Source: Candidatus Latescibacterota bacterium
GTDB taxonomy: Bacteria > Latescibacterota > UBA2968 > UBA8231
NCBI GenBank assembly: GCA_965221775.1
Contig: CBDCSU010000006.1
Coordinates: forward strand, 2,048,001-2,112,000
Length of the DNA stretch: 64,000 nucleotides
Reading direction: 5' to 3'
The translations under genes were made by a program, and so were the position numbers. The notes below the pieces were generated by a model. The model was not told the DNA's origin. It was given only the letters and a program-made list of their open reading frames with translations, and ran no database searches. Below are positions 58,660 through 64,000 of the stretch, piece after piece. Every line of letters starts with the position of its first letter. The stretch's first letter is position 1.

Positions 58660-59499
58660 TCATCGACGCAGGGCAGCCATCATCTCCCGGTAGCGGGGCC
58701 CCTGCCGGCGCTGCGGCAGATCCCCGCCCATCCGGTCGATGCGCCGCTGCAGGCGCTCGATGCGCTCCGCCGTGGCCGGGTGCGTGGCCAGCAGCCCCCC
58801 GAGGGGGCGGGACGAGCCTCCTTCCACCGACTGCAGGCCCTGGAACATGCGCACCATGCCGCGGGGGTCGTAGCCGGCCGCCGTGAGATAGCGCAGGCCG
58901 AGGTCGTCGGCCTGGAGCTCGTCCTCGCGGCTGAAGCCGGCCATCCCGACCCCGCCGGCAAAGTCCGCGGCGGCGGCGGCGAGCCGCTCGGGATCCTCTC
59001 CGAGGGCGATGGCCGCCACCACCTGCAGCCCCAGCTTCGCGGCGAGCTGGTTGGCCGAGTGGCGGGCCACCACGTGGCCCAGTTCGTGTGCCAGCACGCT
59101 GGCCAGCTCGGACTCGTCGCCGGCGAGGAGCATGAGGCCGGTGAAGACGTAGGTGGGGCCGCCGGGGAGGGCGAAGGCGTTGACCTGGTCCGGGTCGTCG
59201 AGGACGGTGACCTGGTAGTCGATGCCGGGCCGGTCGCGCCAGGCCTGCTCGATGAGGGGCTTGGCCAGGAACCGCACGTAGCGCTGGATCTGCCGGTCCC
59301 GCAGGACGCGGTGCTCGGCCTCGATCCGGGCGGCCAGTCGGCGCCCGAGATCGACCTCGGTCTGCACCGGCACCAGGGTGTCCCCCAGGAACTGCCGCAA
59401 GGAGGCGCAGCCGCCGGAGCCCGCGGCGGTCAGGATCGCCGCTGCGAGGACCGCGGCGGCCGGGGCCCGCAGGCGAAGTCGGGTGTGCTTCATGGTCAT
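58660..59499 (-). CDS. M48 family zinc metallopeptidase (probable lipoprotein)
   Basis: VNAFALPGG, HELGH, FSREDE..AD, THP; hydrophobic leader ending GGC. Confidence 0.92.
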   Translation of the reverse strand: MTMKHTRLRLRAPAAAVLAAAILTAAGSGGCASLRQFLGDTLVPVQTEVDLGRRLAARIEAEHRVLRDRQIQRYVRFLAKPLIEQAWRDRPGIDYQVTVLDDPDQVNAFALPGGPTYVFTGLMLLAGDESELASVLAHELGHVVARHSANQLAAKLGLQVVAAIALGEDPERLAAAAADFAGGVGMAGFSREDELQADDLGLRYLTAAGYDPRGMVRMFQGLQSVEGGSSRPLGGLLATHPATAERIERLQRRIDRMGGDLPQRRQGPRYREMMAALRR

Positions 59500-59976
59500 G
59501 CTCGCCTCGGCGAGGCGGTCGGCCGGAGTACGGGGAGGGTGGCTGGCCCCGAGGAGGCCGGCGGCAGAAGTCTGGTTCGCTTCATGGGTCTCTCCGGAAT
59601 CCGAAGGACAAGGGCCTGCCAGCCCTTGCCGGGGCCGGCGACGCAGGATCGCGGCTGGGAGGATCACAGCGACAGGGGCCCGCAGCCGATGTCGGGTGTG
59701 TTCCATGGTCATGGGCGCAAGCCGGGGAGGGTGGCTGGCCCCAAGGCGGCCGGCTGGCGGAGTCTGTTCGCTTCATCGGTCTTTCCGGAATCCGAAGGAC
59801 AAGGGCCTGTCAGCCCTTGCCGGGGCCGGCGACGCAGGATCGCGGCTGGGAGGATCACAGCGCCCGGGGGCGCGCAGCCGATGTCGGGTGTGTTCCATGG
59901 TCATGGGGGGCAAGCCGAGGAGGGTGGCCGGCCCCAAGGAGGCCGGCGGCCGGATCACAGGGACGGGAGCCCGCAG
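59431..59976. repeat. tandem 190-210 bp duplications of the M48 gene start and upstream region
   Basis: caggatcgc at 59431, 59644 and 59835; catggtcatg three times; tccggaatccgaaggacaagggcctg twice. Confidence 0.88.
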
Positions 59977-60146
59977 TCCCCTGAGCATCGCCCCGGCAAC
60001 GGCAGGCGCACGCGACGATACCACAAGGCACTGCCGCCGGCAATCGGCGGCGCCCGCCCGCGGCGCCCGGCGAGCGCTTCACCTGTCGACGGCGGCGCCG
60101 TACCTTCCCACCCGTCCCGCCTCCCCCACACCGGAGCCACTCCCCC

Positions 60147-61988
60147 ATGACCGTGGAAACCTCCTCCCCCATCTCGGTCTACGACGGCGACGCGACACCG
60201 CAGCCGCAGGCCGCGCCCGACCCCGACAGCCTCGTCTTCCACGAGCTGTGCGCCGCCGCCGATCTCGAGGAGGGCGCGGGGAAGCCCTTCACGGTAGACG
60301 GCACACACCTCGCCGTGTTCCGCTACGAGGGCGGCTACTACGCCTGCGACAACCGCTGCCCTCACATGGGCTACCCCCTGTCCGAGGGCAGCGTCCGCGA
60401 CGGCGTGCTGATCTGCCACTGGCACCACTGGGAGTTCGACCTCAAGACCGGGGGCTGCTTCCTGACCTTCGGCGACGACGTGGCCAGCTTCCCGGTGGAG
60501 GATCGCGGCGGCATGCTCTACGTGGGTATCCCGAAGGGCGCCCGGGAGGCGGCGCGGCAGCGGCTGGTGGACCGCGGCAAGCGGGCCCTGGAGCAGGGGC
60601 TGAAGGACCGCTCCAGCTTCCTCATCGCCAAGGCCGTCACCGCCCTGCGCGAGGCCGGCGCCACGCCCCGGGAGATCATCCAGCACGGCCTGTTCTACGG
60701 CGCCCACAAGACCAGCGACGGCTGGTCCTCGGGGGTGGCCATCCTCACCTTGTGCGCCAACCTGTGGGACGACGTGGACCCCAAGGACCACAACCTCTTC
60801 CTCGTCCACGGGCTGGCGCAGATCGCCAACCGCACGGCGGGCAGCTCGCGGCGCCAGCGCTTCCCCTTCCCGCGCTCCGGCGCCGACCCCGACCTGACGA
60901 CGCTGAAGCGCTGGTTCCGGCGCTACATCGACCTGCGCGACCGCGGCGCCGCCGAGCGCATCCTCCTCACCCTGCACGACCGCGGGCAGCCGCCGGAGCT
61001 GCTGGCCGACTTCGTCTACACCGCGGCCACCGACTTCTACTTCACCGGCGACGGCCACGCCCTCGACTTCGCCAACAAGATGTTCGAGGGCCTCGACTAC
61101 GTGGAGTGGCAGGGGGCCCACGAGATCCTGCGGCCGATCGTCGTCGACCTCGTGAGCCGCACCCGCCACGAGGAGACCTCGCGCTGGCAGGACGCGGTGC
61201 CCGTGCTCGAGGAGATCTTCACACGCATCGACGAGATCTGGGAGGCCAAACAGGCCGCGGAGCCGAAGGCCCTCGACGTGAGCGCCTTCACGCAGGTCAT
61301 GCTCGGCGACGACTTCGAGCCGATCGTCGAGCGGATGGAGGCCGAGCTGCGGGCCGGCGTCTCGCCCCTCGACCTGAGCCGCGCCATGACCTATGCCGGC
61401 GCCGTGCGCACCGTGCGCTTTCACCTCAAGAACGAGGGCGACTGGCACGACGTGGCCAACCTCTACTCCTACGCCCACGCCCTCTACCGCGCCTTCCACC
61501 TGGCGCCGTCGGCGCAGCTCCTGCGCGGCCTCTTCCACGGCGCCGTCTTCACCACCTACCTGCGCTGGCTCAACATGCCCTCGGCGCGGGTGCCGCGTCC
61601 GGGGCAGCGCCTGAAGGGGGAGGAGTCGTTCTCGTCGCCGCGGCAGATGCTCGACCGCCTGCAGGAGTTCGCCGACTTCCAGAAGGTGGCCGAGGCCGGC
61701 ATCCTGGTGAACCAGTACCTGGAGGAGGGCCACGAGGTGACGGCGCTGAAGCACGCCTTGGCCCACATCCTGCTGCGCGAGGACGCCGAGCTGCACATGT
61801 TCCAGGTGCTGGAGGCCGCCTTCCGCCACCACGACCTGTCCGACGATCCCGAGGAGCGGCGCATCCACCTGCTGGCGGCGACGCGCTACATCACGGCGCA
61901 GAAGGTGATGAAGAACATCCTCTGGTCGACGGAGAACGCCGAGCGCCTGCAGCGGGGCGAGCTGCTCAGCGACCGGGACGACGACTGA
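60147..61988 (+). CDS. Rieske [2Fe-2S] protein with large uncharacterised helical C-terminal region
   Basis: CPHMG...CHWHHW. Confidence 0.88.
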   Translation: MTVETSSPISVYDGDATPQPQAAPDPDSLVFHELCAAADLEEGAGKPFTVDGTHLAVFRYEGGYYACDNRCPHMGYPLSEGSVRDGVLICHWHHWEFDLKTGGCFLTFGDDVASFPVEDRGGMLYVGIPKGAREAARQRLVDRGKRALEQGLKDRSSFLIAKAVTALREAGATPREIIQHGLFYGAHKTSDGWSSGVAILTLCANLWDDVDPKDHNLFLVHGLAQIANRTAGSSRRQRFPFPRSGADPDLTTLKRWFRRYIDLRDRGAAERILLTLHDRGQPPELLADFVYTAATDFYFTGDGHALDFANKMFEGLDYVEWQGAHEILRPIVVDLVSRTRHEETSRWQDAVPVLEEIFTRIDEIWEAKQAAEPKALDVSAFTQVMLGDDFEPIVERMEAELRAGVSPLDLSRAMTYAGAVRTVRFHLKNEGDWHDVANLYSYAHALYRAFHLAPSAQLLRGLFHGAVFTTYLRWLNMPSARVPRPGQRLKGEESFSSPRQMLDRLQEFADFQKVAEAGILVNQYLEEGHEVTALKHALAHILLREDAELHMFQVLEAAFRHHDLSDDPEERRIHLLAATRYITAQKVMKNILWSTENAERLQRGELLSDRDDD

Positions 61989-63999
61989 GGGCCGACAGGG
62001 TGGCGATCTGGACGGTGGAGGGCCCCGTCCACTCGCGGCCGGGGAAGAACACCAGCCGGCCGCCGGTCGCGTTCAGCTCGTAGCCGGGGTCGTCGGCCAT
62101 CACCAGCAGGGTGCCGCCCGGGCGGGTCTCGGCCCGCTCGATGCGGTGCCCGCGGCGGAACCCGGCGCCGTCGCGCACCACCGCCCACACCCCTTCGAGG
62201 GCGACTCCCTCCGGTACCGCGAGATCGGTGATCAGGGCGTCCACGTCGTCGCCGGCCTCGCGGCGCAGGACGCCGGCGATCCCGCCGGTGAGCACGCCCG
62301 CGCCCGCCCGCGCCTCGCCACCGGCCCGCAGCTCCCGCCCCCCGACGAGGCGCATCTCTTCGATCTCACCACCCCGCCGACGCACGAATCCCAGCCGGCC
62401 GTCGAGACTCACGCCATCGACGCGCACCCTGCCGCCGCCGCGAGACAGAAGCACGTGGTCGACCACCTCTCCCCAGGAGATGCGCAGGGCCACACCGTCG
62501 CCCTCGACGGGCAGCCGCCTCACCTCGCTGACGAAGGGACCGCCGGCGCCGTGACTCTCGAGAACGGCCAGGAAGTCGCTGCGCAGGTCCTCCCCTTCGC
62601 GGCGGTGCACCAGCATGGGCATGGTGTGCTCGTCGAGGGCGGCGTCGTCCTCGGCGGCGTTGCGGATGGAGGGGGCCGCGGCGGTGAACAGCCGGTCCCC
62701 CGGATGGCCGGCGCCGTGGACCCGCACCCCGGCCTCGCTGCCCGCGCTGCGGAACCCCACCCGCCAGGGCCCGTCCACGGCGGCCTGCTCGACGCCGCGG
62801 ATGAAGGCGTAGCCGAGGTTGTGGCCCCCGGCCTCCCCCGGGGTGGACTCGCCCGTGGGCAGACTCACGGGCGTGCCCGGGGGCAGCAGCATCTCGCCGT
62901 AGGGGGAGGTCTCCAGGTCATGCACGAGATCGCCGCCGTGGTCGGCGTCGCCGGAGAGGACGTACTCGTGGCGGCTTCCGCCGCTCACGCGGAACCAGTC
63001 GATCACGTAGGACTGGTCATCCGCCCCGATCAGCAGGAGCAGGCGCCGGTACTCGTCGACGAGGCCGGGATAGGCGCGCTCCCCGGAGGCCTCCACCGCC
63101 GCGAGCAGATCGCCGTCGCCCGGCACGAAGAGCCGCAGGTCGCCGTCGCTCGGTTCTCCCACCGAGCCCATGTGCTGGTCGCGCCCGTCGACGGTGACCG
63201 TGTTGTGGGAGAGGGTGGTGATCGTCCAGCGGCGGTAGCGCGTATGGGTGTAGCCGATGTCGCCGAGGCGCTCGCGGCCGTGGGCGAAGAGGGTCATGGC
63301 CAGCACGTCGCCGTGCTGGTGGCCGTAGCCGCCGGAGAAGTGCAGGTGCGCCTGCACCTGACCGTCGCCGGCGCCGCGCCCCAGGCGGGCGTGGCCGAGG
63401 GCCGGCAGCAGCATCGACTCCGAGGCGGGCATCGCCCCGGCGGCCTCCCGCGCCCAGGTGTCGTGGAAGGCGACGACCCGGCCGTTGGGGTAGCGCAGGA
63501 GGCCGGGCACCTCTCGCGCCCGGGCCAGGATGGGGAGGCGCGCGTCGAGATCGAAGTCGACGAGGCGGTCCTCGCCCTCCCTGGGGATGTACCCGGGCGG
63601 ATCGGTCCAGCCTTTCAGCAGGCGGGCCAGGATGTCCAGCCCCCGCACCGTCTGGTTGTGGTAGGAGACGGCCCCCTCGCGCCAGGCGCCGTCGGCGAAG
63701 AACTGCCGCCGCGCCAGCAGCTCGATGCGGCGGACGGCGTCGTGGATGTACTCCGGCTCGCCGAGGACGCGGCCGGCGGTGATCAGCCCCCGCAGCAGGG
63801 TGGGGTCCATGTTGCCCAGGGCCGGCGGGTAGGAGCGCACGAAGGCGACGCTGGCGTGGAACAGGTCCTCCTCGATCCGCCGCTGCGCCGCCTCGTCGAG
63901 AGCGCCGCTCGGCCGCACCAGCTCGTAGGCCCGCAGCAGGTCCTCGGGGATGTCCATGTAGGCCCACCAGTCCCACTTGGCGGCGCGGTAGTCGGCCAC
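61966..63999 (-). CDS. heparinase II/III family protein (5' part outside window)
   Basis: DG.W.EG..SYH, GHQHGD, DIGY, SHNTVTVDG. Confidence 0.85.
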   Translation of the reverse strand: MADYRAAKWDWWAYMDIPEDLLRAYELVRPSGALDEAAQRRIEEDLFHASVAFVRSYPPALGNMDPTLLRGLITAGRVLGEPEYIHDAVRRIELLARRQFFADGAWREGAVSYHNQTVRGLDILARLLKGWTDPPGYIPREGEDRLVDFDLDARLPILARAREVPGLLRYPNGRVVAFHDTWAREAAGAMPASESMLLPALGHARLGRGAGDGQVQAHLHFSGGYGHQHGDVLAMTLFAHGRERLGDIGYTHTRYRRWTITTLSHNTVTVDGRDQHMGSVGEPSDGDLRLFVPGDGDLLAAVEASGERAYPGLVDEYRRLLLLIGADDQSYVIDWFRVSGGSRHEYVLSGDADHGGDLVHDLETSPYGEMLLPPGTPVSLPTGESTPGEAGGHNLGYAFIRGVEQAAVDGPWRVGFRSAGSEAGVRVHGAGHPGDRLFTAAAPSIRNAAEDDAALDEHTMPMLVHRREGEDLRSDFLAVLESHGAGGPFVSEVRRLPVEGDGVALRISWGEVVDHVLLSRGGGRVRVDGVSLDGRLGFVRRRGGEIEEMRLVGGRELRAGGEARAGAGVLTGGIAGVLRREAGDDVDALITDLAVPEGVALEGVWAVVRDGAGFRRGHRIERAETRPGGTLLVMADDPGYELNATGGRLVFFPGREWTGPSTVQIATLSALSRRPGR

Positions 64000-64000
64000 C

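Overview
High-GC bacterial window of about 55 genes with no rRNA, tRNA, CRISPR array, integrase or transposase detected. Most of it is catabolic and accessory content: three PhyH-type Fe/2OG dioxygenases, two Gfo/Idh/MocA oxidoreductases, GH32, sulfatase, PL2-like lyase, heparinase II/III, and a TonB receptor with an ABC substrate-binding protein. Two large surface proteins are present: a YWTD (LDL-receptor-like) double-propeller with a T9SS/FlgD-like domain, and a C25/PorU-like peptidase. This repertoire resembles FCB-group (Latescibacterota-like) sponge symbionts, which is an inference only. A compositionally distinct defence island (about 14.4-24.0 kb) holds a type III R-M system with HicB/truncated HicA and MNT-HEPN modules between res and mod. 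It continues with an unassigned ABC-ATPase + PD-(D/E)xK-like pair and a decayed DUF262 fragment. A second low-GC islet (56.1-57.4 kb) has a large putative antitoxin plus a frameshifted PIN toxin. Best novelty candidates are the ATPase/nuclease pair, the large antitoxin-PIN module, an HxG-motif (halogenase-like) Fe/2OG enzyme, and repeated tandem duplications at gene ends. All calls are from motif reading; no searches were run.
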